A stretch of DNA of 62,918 bases, the filler included, from Choristocarpus tenellus KU-1152 (taxonomy: Eukaryota > Protista > Phaeophyceae), in the NCBI GenBank assembly GCA_964200185.2. It is 9 parts of 9 records of this genome, joined end to end, with 100 filler letters (N's around TTAATTAATTAA, not from the genome) between each part and the next. Parts side by side here need not be neighbours in the genome. Positions count along the whole stretch, not along the records: positions 48,763 to 54,793 come from CAXNAD020009118.1; positions 54,894 to 62,918 come from CAXNAD020005257.1; 7 more parts are not named here. The stretch is one strand, 5' to 3'. Positions 51,801 to 62,918 of the stretch are shown piece after piece (within the stretch, counting starts at the first letter, position 1; every line of letters starts with the position of its first letter). Both the position numbers and the translations under genes were made by a program. A model generated the notes under the pieces. That model made no database searches, was not told the origin of the DNA, and was given only the letters and a program-made list of their open reading frames with translations.

Positions 51801-52077
51801 ATGGAGTGTATTACACAGGGTAAGAAGGATGACTTAGAATGCAAGAGGGCCTAAAACTGCCTACCTCTCAATTGGTTTGTCTCAATACTGCCTTTGATTC
51901 CCCACCGACCTTTGAGTGATCGATCAGCATGTTCATCTATGGTGACGGCTTGCCTCGCAACGAAACAGGAAGACACTCACAATAAACATAAAGCAACAAA
52001 TATTGGAAGCTTGAACAGGACCATCTCAAGCACGTATCCCCATTGAACAGTGGACACCTCCCTCCCCCTATCCTCAG

Positions 52078-52449
52078 CACATTAACACAAAAAAATGCCG
52101 TTGTTCGATCACTCCTTGCCCCTCAGCAACACCTCCCTTCAACCTGGCGCCCCTCCCCCCATCCCGCCCCAAAACCCTGCTCCACCACCCCACCCAACCA
52201 AGCAGCGAGGAGCTTCTCATCCCCCCAGATCTAATCCAGCGACTATACGAAATAGAAGACATGGAGCGGCCTGAGGAGTGGTGGGGACAGAAACCTGAAA
52301 AGGAAGGTGCGGCAGGGTCAACTTCAACAACTCTTGACAAACTCAAACGGTTTGAGACTCGCATTAGAACCACAAACTCCTTGGTAAACGACATCCCCAC
52401 CTTGGAAAGGCGGGTGGAGTCAGAGCTGCAGCCTATGCTGTGGAGGCAG
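52078..52449 (+). CDS. Probable upstream exon of the Tubby-like gene (unknown domain)
   Basis: Open frame ...LLIPPDLIQRLYEIEDMERPEEWWG...LERRVESELQPMLWRQ ending at donor CAG|GTGAAG. Linkage to downstream exons (possibly via ~53728-53927) is not resolved. Confidence 0.5.
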
Positions 52450-53089
52450 GTGAAGTTCGGGTTGGGGTTTACAGGCGGTGTACAATGTACTCACTACTGC
52501 TTGGGTATATATATATATATATGCATATGTGTATATATATACACACATGGGGTTGAATGTCAACAGCAAACGAGAGAGTTCTTCGGAGTTGAAATTTGAA
52601 GGATACACTGGAAAATATGTACAAAATTGAGATATATATATTTTTTTTTTCACAAAAATGTGTGTAGGATATTTTCGGAGTTGTGTTGGAAAATTTTCAA
52701 AACAAATAGAGAAATAAAGGCTCTTGAGTCAAACTCAAAACTTCACCCATAGAAACATATGGATGATTTTCAAAATATTGAAGAGCAGGTGTAACATGAA
52801 AAATGCTCCAAATCCTCTCGGTGACTTTGTCTCACCGTGCGTCCTTCAACAGTATGTTCACTACCCTTGCATGGAACTCTCAATGTGGCCACATTCATTA
52901 CTACTGTGTGTTAATCCCCACACCACCCACAGCTGGAAGAGTAAAATAATATTTCGTGTACATATGTATATACATACATTCATATATATATATATTTATA
53001 AACATACTTACGTATTTTTTGGCAGGGTGCTGTTGAATGCTCCAAAGCATGGGATCTGCATGTGCTCACAATCAAAAGTGTAATGTTGT

Positions 53090-53113
53090 ATGTACATATA
53101 TATGTGTGTGTAT

Positions 53114-53151
<38 letters not shown>

Positions 53152-53160
53152 GTACATATT
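53090..53160. repeat. Compound (TA)/(TG)/(CA)n microsatellite
   Basis: Dinucleotide runs. Confidence 0.9.
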
Positions 53161-54158
53161 TATGTATTTTCAACAAGGTGCTGTTGGGTGCTGCACATGG
53201 GCTCAAAATCAATAGTTTCTTACAACACAATGATTTTGTACAAAACAGAATTCTATGCAGCATCTTTGTCGGGGTCACACTTTAGTCAGGTTTTTGAAAC
53301 ATTTTCTGCGTCTGTAAGTGCCTTAAAGATTCAACAGCGATCAGAATGTGTCATGCACCATCACACTTCTGCCATGCCATACGTATGTTACATGGGGATG
53401 GGTCCTTGTGCAAGTACCCACGGTTCACATTTTTTTACGCTGAGGCATACTGAGAAAACAAAAAACTATTGGAAGTTTACTTTTTTGATGTTGCTCTAAC
53501 GACACCAATTTAGTGCTTTTGGGTAGTGTATGTATTGTGAACAGGGGTTAAGAAAAATCAAACTCATACTCTGGATTACAAAAGCGAAACAGTCAAATCA
53601 TGCACAGTGTCTCAGTTAGTGTGACTGTTGGTGTGGTTCCAAACCTCTGTTTCAATCCTTCACTGACAAGAAGGCATTATCTTGCACGTACTACAAGTCT
53701 TGTTCCTGGGGATGCATCGATCTGTTAGAAAAAAATGGCTGAAAATGACGACTCGGTCCCCCTTCCCCCCCCCCCCCCCTCTCCCCGTTGCCTTCCTACT
53801 CGGCGGCCAATGATATCATGCAACAGAACCAAGACCTCCATCGGAGTAAAGATGTAGTTCAAGACGTTGAAGCAGAGAGCATCCAGAGATCGTTTTCTTT
53901 CCCTATAGCTCTGTCTGTCATTAGAGGTGAGCAGTATCATCCCAAAAATGGGATCGGGATCTATCGTCCCACAGTAGTAGCAATAGCCTTTGGTGGGTGC
54001 TGCCAGATATTGGAGACTGTTGCAATGATTTTTGAAGCGTGTTTATAGTGTGTGCCCTATTGTCTACAGGCTCATCTTCAAAACACTGACATTTTCACCA
54101 AACAGGAAGAGGGGGTAGGGGGGGTATAGGGGGGTAGGGGGTAAGCAAGGCTTGCCAT

Positions 54159-54407
54159 GAGTCAGAGTATCTTAGAGGGTAGAAGCGCATCCGTTTGGGG
54201 GCAAAAATCCAAGGTTCTCACTTTGATGTAATTTTAGCTATCGTGTTTGTTAGGAAGTGTCAATATCCTTGTTCCAGACGCACATTTTCCTACTTTAATA
54301 CATTTTACCATTTTGGAGTAGGAAAAGTGTCATAAAAAAAACATGGGAAGCCAAGTCCCAAACAGAAAAACAGGGCAAAATTCGTACCCTCTAAGATGCT
54401 TTCACTC
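54159..54407. mobile_element. MITE, long subfamily (complete)
   Basis: GAGTCAGAGTATCTTAGAGGGT...ACCCTCTAAGATGCTTTCACTC; TSD CAT. Confidence 0.85.
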
Positions 54408-54653
54408 CATACATACATGGCCCATTCAACCGAGATGGAAATGACTGCAAGGTTCTGTCACTACATATATGCAACTTTTTTTTAATCCTTATTTTTATAA
54501 TTTGAAACTTCACGAGACTTGAGTTATATGGACCTTTTGGTTGGTGTAAATCCATGCTGAGACCAATGGTTCAGATGTGCTATCCTGTGTCGCCAATAGT
54601 TGTGCTGTATAATTGTAGTACTATATAATTGTAGCACTGTATAATTGTACAAA

Positions 54654-55017
54654 GGCTCAAAGTATCTGGGGGGGGGTGGCAGTTGTCCATTTGGGGTCAA
54701 TTTTCTCATGTCGCGATTTTTGTGTGATTTGGTTGCATACGTCGGATTGATAATGTAAATGTACTTTACCTGATTTTGGTCCAAATGGACACCNNNNNNN
54801 NNNNNNNNNNNNNNNNNNNNNNNNNNNNNNNNNNNNNTTAATTAATTAANNNNNNNNNNNNNNNNNNNNNNNNNNNNNNNNNNNNNNNNNNNNCCAAGAA
54901 AAGTGCACTTACATTATCCGTCCGACGTATGCAACCAAATCACCCAAAAATAGCGCCATTAAAAAAATTGACCCCAAATGGACAGCTGCCACCCCCCCCC
55001 CCCAGATACTTTGAACC
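54654..55017. mobile_element. Two short MITE copies in opposite orientation across a gap
   Basis: 54654-54793 and 54894-55017 are reverse-complement homologues, each ending in the family TIR. Confidence 0.75.
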
Positions 55018-56192
55018 TTTTCCCTTTTTAGCCTCAGTCTACATACCAACTTCTCAATCATCACCCACTTCCCATCACATGAGTAAGACCATTGTGCCAC
55101 CCGCCCACCTTCCTGTTTTACACTTCTGCGATCTTCCAATCACCCCCCACCTCTATCACCATGGTACTTATTCTATAAACCAAACCATGATGCATGTCGA
55201 CTGTCACATCACACTTAATGTCTGGGCGTGACAGTGTAACATTAATGTGTAAATTCACACACACATGCACATAAGTACAACTCACTCATCAAGGCTGCCC
55301 AGACTGGCGCATATTCAATATATTCTCCTTCTTCACTTACCCAACCTACTCAGCCACCCACTATAAGCAACACCTAGTATGGCCCTGTCCTCTACTATAT
55401 GAAAAGGGAGTACTTGTGTGTGTGCGGTACTCCTGCTGTTGGGGTGATGGCATTTTTCACACTGCACTGTAGAAGGACTGGGTCTTGCATGTCCAACCAT
55501 TGCTCTGCTTTGATATTCTGTCTTGATTCTGTCAAGGCATTGTGGGTCTTATGTCATTCTCAACTAGCTGTGTGGAACAGAGCTAATTCATGTTGCATTA
55601 TACAGCTGTTTACCCAGTCGCCACACCTCACATGTTTTGCATGTCTACAACACTCGGGATACGAGTTCAGTTGCCAAATCGTATCTCTCATAGAATGAAT
55701 TCAAACCCTAAAACTTGTTTTGAATGAAAAAGTGCGTAGAGAACAGGAGGTAAGAAAAATAGGTGTGATTAATAGATGCTTTACCACACCACATGATATT
55801 TGGGAATCTTAGACGGGTATCTTTGATACCGTTGAACATCAGAGCATGTGCCCTAACCCTAAAGTGCCATAGTATCTTAGAGGGGGGAGGTGCTTAGCCC
55901 AAGTTGTCCATTCGGGGCTTGATGGCGTGTTGTAGGATACTCCGTATTGATGCCTCTAGTGTGAGTGATTTCCCTTCGGATTTGGTTCAGGCAGGGGGGT
56001 GGAAAAGGGGGGTGCATTCAGATGAAGGAAACTGCCCTTACATGTGACACGTTTACTCAGAAGATATAAAAATCACTATAGGCTCACACCAGGCTCTAAT
56101 GGACGCCTGAACCACCCCTTAGGATACTATTGGTCAAATATAGGTACAAGTGAAAGCATAAGCACGTGCATTGTATATCGCTTCCTGTTCAG

Positions 56193-59100
56193 GCACTCAC
56201 CCACGCAAGGATCAATTCATGCATCCTCTGACGCTCTAAAACATGTGAACCAGGCAGCTCGATCTCTGTCGAAGTCTTCCCCTGTATCTGCCCAACAAGC
56301 CCTCCCCCCTCACTCCACAATGGCGACACCGACTGGATCCTGTGGACATATCGCCCTTACCCCCAGCCACCACCTAAGCGGTGATGCCCTTTGTCTCCTA
56401 GCACCTGCCCCTGCGTATCCTAGTGGTGCTTGTGGGCATTTGATGGTATTGGGACCCCGGAGACAGTTCCACAGCCTTGAGAAGGTGGGAGGGGGAGATG
56501 TGGAAGGGTCAGAGAAGGAGAAAGCGATTTACACCTTAGAGATAGATGTGGGAACTGAAGGGTTAGGGTTAGGGTCAGGGTATCATCTTCAAGCCTTTTG
56601 GGATGACGGAGTCCTTTGTGTGTGTGTGGTGAGCCCTCAGCCTCTCCTCACTGGGAGCTCAGAGGGAGAGGAAAGAGTTTTTGTGGCAGATACAGAAAAA
56701 AAGGTCATTGCCCGGATCATAACGGTTCCAGAACCTTCTCAAGAGTTTGGAAACGCTGGTGGTGATGGGGGTTGTGAATGCAGGTATAGTGTGCTACTGG
56801 AAGAGCCTGGCAAGGAAAGTTTAGGGGGGACAAAGCTGGAGGTGGCAGCATTCAGGCTGAAAACTCACCCAGAAAGAATGGAAGAGCCACGGGAACTTTG
56901 TGGGTTTCTGGTGCCTGGTGGGGTTAGGAGGGATGATACTGAAGGGTAAGTTTGCTTTAGAGAGTATCCCAATCTTATGATAAACTCTGGCGCACGTGAG
57001 GTAGTGCAGAAGGACAAAGGAATGTGCTCTGATATGTCATATACAGCAATAAATTCTAGACTCACTCAAAGAAAATAAGCCTCTCCTAGTCCAATTGTGC
57101 CAAACTACATATTGTTTCCAAGGCAAACCTAATCACTGTAGTCTACAGTGTCTGTGCTTGACCATATCAACCACGGCCCAAAGCACTTAAGAGGGTAGGA
57201 GTTTTGCCCTGTTTGTCCGTTTGGGGCTTGACTTCCCACGGGGTTTTTATGCCCTTTTTCGATTTTCTGTGTGAACGCAGTTATCTAAAATCCATACAAC
57301 TATGAAAGGTGTGTCTGGAGCAAGGATATTGACACTTCCTAACAAAGACAATAACCAAAATTCATCAAAATCGCAACATTGGATTTATGACCTTGAACGG
57401 ACGCGCCCGTACCCTCTTAAATGCTTTGGGTCCCACCTCTTTTCCTCATACCTAGAATTAAAATGAGTCATCAATCCATCCATTCAGTTTGTCCGACCCT
57501 TTCCAGAAACTTTGGTCAATATAGCATCCCAGCATGGGATTCAAATGGGAGCCCCAGAAGAGACCTTTGGTCCTCTGCTAGTAAGGACCTAGCAGGAACT
57601 GCAATTGTTGGGATCCGCAACAAGAAAGCAGCTTGGTCGCAGTCTTCTGGGATGTTTGAGTTGGACATGTTAGAGGTGAGGACTTTAGGGAGGGTTCACG
57701 AACAAGGGATTGGAGCTGGAAGGGAAGGCTAGAGGGAGACAGAGGACAGACTGCCGCAGTGGCGTATTTTCACATACAATGGTGTCCTCGTTACAGAATA
57801 TGATAGGAAGGATAATTAGTGGAGATACAGACAACAAACGATAAGTGGGGTGCAAGCAAACGTTATGGTTGGAACAATAGAGATAGAGTGGTGGGTAGAC
57901 GTGGGAAGGTAAATTATTGTTCATCACAGGAGTCACTCAATGTTACAGTGATGTTCTATGCATCAGAGGACTCTGTATCCCCACAGGTAGAGACCATGTT
58001 GGCCATGTCTAATCCGGCACAGTTTTTCAAATATTCAACATGTGGCAAGTGGTGTATGTGTATACCTTCACCACAACAACTGCATTTTGAAGTGTCTTCT
58101 GGTTTGATATTAAGTCCTGCAGAAAGTTACTATGGTTGGCAAGGTGCAAAGGAAAATTCCTGAGATACAGGGAATATTCGGGTCTAGGCATTCAAAATCA
58201 GCTGTCATTAGAAATAGCCTTGCGATTTAGTGCACTACACTATACATATAGAAGTATATTTCTAGACTAATATGGATGCAAAGTCATTGTGTATATTCCT
58301 AGCATGATGCATCAAATCAAACACAGAAATTCTCATTTCCATTACAAGAGGACCCTCCTTGCTTGTTGCATTGACTATTTTCGCAGAACGGTGCCTATGC
58401 TGAACATGGCCTCCTCTCCTTGTCCATGATAACTATTCTTCGTTAAGGAGACAACCCCTATTGACTTTCAGCCAGAAGTATTAAAAAAAAAAAAAAAGCA
58501 TTTTAGGCCTATCTTCTAATTGCTCCCAAAATGCTGTATTTTATACATGCAGGGTCCTTTGTTCGCCAAAACGTGTAGCATTTGCCACTTCAGCACTTCA
58601 GATTAGTCCAGAACGTTCATACTCTGCAGCATTCACTATTTACCTGCAGTACCATCCTGGGCTTTGGAAATTTGCACACCTTGGAAAACTTGATGCTCGC
58701 ATTACACAGCATCATATTTTTTAGGTTCCTTCACAATAGCGTAGAGTAAAACATTGCCCATACAACGGATGATTTATAGCAAATAGTCATGAAGGCTATC
58801 CTGGAACTTTGAGGAGAAAATGGAACGGAACTTTGCCCTAACAGCAGATGTCAAGCACAAGCGTGACGATGGGCATTCTAGGACATTGGTACTTGAGTGT
58901 TGTATGTACAACAGACGTTTTAGAGCAAGTGGGCCTTATACATTTTCCTGTTGACAGGTACTGCAGAGCAAACTGTCCCTAATGTTGTCGTAGATAATGG
59001 GCATTATGGATTGAGTATGACCAAGCTTTCTACAGTAAAGATAGGGTTGGGCATTATGTTTTCCGAGGGGAGGACTTTTACCAGTGTTTAACGCTGGCTT

Positions 59101-60164
59101 TTCATTGCTTTGTTCGCAATATTGCTGGAGTGTTGAACTAGAGTTACACGAGCAAAGAGGGGCGCTGTTGGATTTCAAGTGCTCCTGTGACTGCCTTGTG
59201 GCGCATGTGCTTAGAGTGTTTTGAGCGCTTTGTATTGTTTTGTCACCCAAGGGGATGATCTCGTCTATACCTCTCTTCTGCAGGAACACGTTCCCTAAGA
59301 GGGTTGACTACATGTGGGTCAAAGTATCTGAGGGGGGGGTGTCGGCGTCCGTTTTTCACCCATTTTTCGATTTCTACTTTTTTGGTGTGATTTGGTCGCA
59401 CTTGTCGGATTTGAAATGTCAGCAAAAAATATATATGTTTGACCTAAACAGACGCCCCTTCACAAACCACCCCCCCCCCCCCCAGATACTTTGACCCTGT
59501 CAGGCATGGGCATGATGTATATTACACAAAGTTTAAAGGGCTAACAATTCAAAAGGGTCAAAACATATCCCTCCTATCAGAATTTGTGACTGAGCCAGCA
59601 TGGTTAGGTAGATGAAGCTGAAATATTTAATGTAATGCTGGGTGATTGCCCCAACTTGTAGCAGTTCTTGACTAAGAACCTTCAATCTCCAATCGTGATT
59701 TTCTCCTCCGTTTGAGTCCTTCATGCTAACTTTCTTGCTTCTCTTCTCCATCACAACAAAAGGCATGGCGTCCAAGCTGTATTCCTTCTGGGCGAAACAG
59801 ATCCCTTCCCTCAGCAGAGACAGTCCAGATTGTGGTCACAGTTGGAGGCAAAAGCTGTGTTGATGACACGGAGCTCAGTGACAGGGCAAGTAGTCGGATT
59901 CCCCTCATGCAGCTCACGAATAATGGGACAAAGCCAAACGCTGGCAGGGCAGGGAGTTCTCAGTACCCGGACAATGTGGTGGAGAGTGCAGAGGTATGGA
60001 GACTGGCGGTGGCAGCGCCTATGTCAGTGTTGCAGGGTTTTGCGCTTGCAGTGGCAAGCTTGGAAACAAGAGTTGCGGGGGCTGCGGTTGCAGTTGTGGA
60101 TCGCATGGCTGCTGCAAGCCAGGCAGAGCTGTCAATGGGGTTCATGGGCTTCGCGAAGGTATAG
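56193..60164 (+). CDS. Divergent Tubby-domain (TULP-like) protein (exons 56193-56945, 57507-57675, 59763-60158/60164)
   Basis: GIRNKKAAWSQSSGMFELDM (~LxNKxPxWxxxxxxYxLNF), GRNRSLPSAETVQIV (~GRVTxASVKNFQL), PLMQL, WRLAVAAPMSVLQGFALAVASLETR (~FxMDYxYPLSxxQAFAIxLSSFDxK). Phases 2 and 0 are consistent. Confidence 0.7.
57175..57432. mobile_element. MITE, long subfamily, reverse orientation, intronic
   Basis: GGCCCAAAGCACTTAAGAGGGT...ACCCTCTTAAATGCTTTGGGTC; body is the reverse complement of the 38748 copy. Confidence 0.8.
59316..59497. mobile_element. MITE, short-type variant
   Basis: GGGTCAAAGTATCTG...CAGATACTTTGACCC; TSD TGT. Confidence 0.85.
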
Positions 60165-60447
60165 TGATTGGGTTAGGGCTGGGCCTGGATTAGGGTGGGT
60201 TAGGAAAGGATAAACTTGGTTCTTTCTGAGCAAAACTGCCTATGTATGAGAGGGGGATAGTACATGAGCTGTTCCTTCATATGGAAACTGTGGCTTGAGA
60301 CATATGTTGGTGGCATGGGTCATGGGGAAGGTTATTCTTATTTTGCCAGCTCACACATTCCGTTGAAGGTTGGTAAGGATGGAAGGGCATGAAAGGAAAA
60401 TGTGACATGCACCCTCAAGTACATTAAAGTTCTCACTACCCCCAGAG

Positions 60448-62846
60448 AGGGCCTATATCTGGCACAGAGTTGAAGAAACCCTCGTCCACACACCCCAGGA
60501 GCCAGAGATGACTCAGAAGCAAAGGCTTTCTCAAGATTACAATAACATGGATGAAACTAGCGTCACAAGTGCTATTGGCGAGAAGAACAGGAGAGAAAAG
60601 CTGGGGAGGAATAACCACAAGAATGCCCATAATGTTGGTGACAGGAAACTCAGCTCCCGCTCCCATTCCATAAGCTCCTCAGGACCACCCTCTACTCGTT
60701 CTCTTGGGAACCGAGCAAAGGTGCATGTGATTGGAGGGGAAGGGGAAGATGTTGATGGGGATCCAGCAAGGGGAAAATTCGCAGGATTGCAGCTGGGGCG
60801 CATGTCCATACCAGGACCGCATAGTTCTGCTGCAGCACAGGTACACAGATGACTGGAACCCTGCCTACATGGTGGTGTGAGTGAACTTAGAATTCAACTG
60901 AAGTGCTTTGACTCAAGACATTCTGTGCAGGGTAAATGTGTATCAGACACCAGCTGCACCCGACCCTCTCACTAAAATCCTGGTTCAGGAATATACCAGT
61001 CATAGCTTTATTAAGTGGGTTTGCATTCACGTTGAGGAGATGCACTACAGGCATCTGAGTGAAAGGAAAGAGATCAAACTCTGACCCAACCGTGCATGAT
61101 CCAATCCTGTACTAGCCTTTTGTCACCTCCCCTCTTCCTCTAACCTAAGCCTGTAGCCCTCTCACCCCTAACACTCCTATCAGTCTACCCTACAATAGCA
61201 ACAACTTTACCACTAATCAACCACTTTCATCTACTACCAAAGCCCTGATCCTCCTCACCCAGGTCCCCTCTCTGCTTAACTCACCAACCCCAAAAGGTTG
61301 TCGATGGAGAAGCCAGTTCCGAAGCATCCCTCTCTCCTCCTCTCCAAGCCCCCAAGATAGGAGGGAGCAAAGTTTCTCCCTTAACCACATCAATGCCCCA
61401 ACATTCCCTCAAAGCTAATTCTTCTCATGCCACATCTGGCATGGGGGGTGACAGCATTGGGACTGGAGATGGAGGTCAGGGTGAGGGTGAGGGTAAGGGT
61501 ATCGATGGAGACCACGGGAGCAAGCATGGTGGGGGGACTGGACAAAGCATGAATGCTCTGCCGGTAGCAGGGAGGAGACGCCAGTCTATTCAACAAGTAG
61601 CGGCAGAGGTAGCTAGCAAGGTGAGTATGAGGGTTCAGGACCGTGTTGTTTCGAGTGGGATAAAGCACACCTGAAGCATGGAAGGACAATACACAGCTGG
61701 ATATTTTATATTCCTACAAAATTTAAACTCTCAGGAGGGTTGGCAGTAAGCCACTGTGAAGCATGTGTCTGGGCAATTGGTACCTGGTATGCCCAACTAT
61801 ATATTGACAAGCATTGACTCACCCAAGTACTCTGCTCAAAGACTTGCACTTCTCTAATTCGATTGTGCATGTCAGTACTCCCATGCATTAAATAGGAGAT
61901 CTGCGTCAAAAAACACCAAGATCTCTTGCAAAGGCTAAAATATCAGTGAGCCAAGATCCCCCGGTTTGGCGCTTAAATAGGAAGATGACATGTTGAAAGA
62001 GTATTTTTTCCCGGAGATGAGAGCAAGCAATCTTGTATGACCTCCAAAAAGACAAGTTAATTCAAGAATCTGAAGCTCAGAATTGACAGGATAGGTCCCT
62101 CAACTCTGAGCTTTGATGAAAGGCACTGCTATTGGTGGTGCATTGCTCAGGTCTGGCATTGACCCAAAGTATTTGAGGGGGGTGAGGGGTCTACACCAGG
62201 GTGTCCATTTGGGATAAAACCAGGAAAAGTGCACTTACAATATCCATCCGACGCATGCAACCAAATCACCCAAAAATTGCGACATGGAAAAAATGGGCCC
62301 CAAATGGACACCCGCCACCCCCCCCTCCCAGATACTTTGAGCCATTGCTATCTACTTGCAGAGTTGTTGATTCCCTCCAAAAGTTTCCTTCAAAATTCTG
62401 GGTAAACTTTCACGGGGCAGCTTCAACAGTCTTCTTTCCACCATTGATCCCACTTCACTCACACATACGTCCATGGGATGTATGCTGCATTGCTTGTGTC
62501 GTGAAGTATGTGCCCAAAAGACTGTTGCTTTCCACTTCCCCACTATGTGCAACAAGACCCTATCACAATCCACAAAACCTTAATTTTTGACTTATTGTAC
62601 CCCTAGGTGTATCGCAACTCCAAGGTCTGCAACGTCTGCCTGGTAACCCTTGCCGTCTCCTTTGCCCTAGAACTTTATCCTGGTGGGCCAACTCACAACA
62701 CAGCCTTTGCTGTATCTCTGCTATGGGCCGCGAACAACATCGATGACGTGCGTCCCCTTCGCAGGCGAGGGTTTTTCTACGCCCTGAGCCTCCTTGGATT
62801 ACTGACCCTCTGTATGGATTTAGACTTCCTCGCCTCGGACCTCAAG
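60448..62846 (+). CDS. Exons of a low-complexity plus multi-TM protein (60448 or ATG 60508 to 60840, 61297-61620, 62607-62846); continues beyond the window
   Basis: Phase-0 GT-AG exons. The last reads VYRNSKVCNVCLVTLAVSFALEL...NTAFAVSLLWAANN...FFYALSLLGLLTLCMDLDFL with three hydrophobic segments (loosely AGTRAP-like). Confidence 0.6.
62161..62343. mobile_element. MITE, short subfamily
   Basis: GACCCAAAGTATTTGAGGGG...CCAGATACTTTGAGCC; TSD ATT. Confidence 0.85.
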
Positions 62847-62918
62847 GTTTGCCAATAGAGCGGGTCAACAATGGGACCAGGGATTTGGGGGGGTAAGGGA
62901 GTAGGAACAGGAAAAGCG

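Overview
Intron-rich eukaryotic genomic scaffold, most likely from a photosynthetic stramenopile (brown alga or relative; inferred from protein signatures and gene structure). Eight 100-nt artificial gaps (N-TTAATTAATTAA-N) interrupt it. Supported genes: last exon of a probable plastid helical-bundle protein, mitochondrial co-chaperone HscB/Hsc20 (3 exons), RPS28 (main exon), the 5' part of an RBM34/Nop12 RRM gene, an 8-exon two-thioredoxin PDI-like ER protein ending in KAEL, a divergent Tubby-domain gene, and exons of a small membrane protein at the right edge. Mobile DNA includes a 238-bp Tc1 deletion derivative with D36E spacing, over 12 copies of a PIF/Harbinger-type MITE family, and DIRS/Ngaro, Copia and LINE remnants. 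The standout feature is an ~8.4-kb tandem array (~21.9-30.3 kb) of about 34-36 monomers of ~245 bp, directly downstream of the last visible RBM34 exon. Each monomer holds an ~110-120-nt imperfect hairpin. One arm reads as the plant-type LRR motif (N-x-L-S-G-)P-I-P-x-E-L-G-K and varies between copies largely at third codon positions. My hypothesis is a large polycistronic, LRR-derived miRNA/hairpin-RNA cluster diversified to target an LRR (e.g. ROCO) gene family. Further long nested foldbacks lie just downstream. All alignments and counts were done by eye; no database search or folding program was run.
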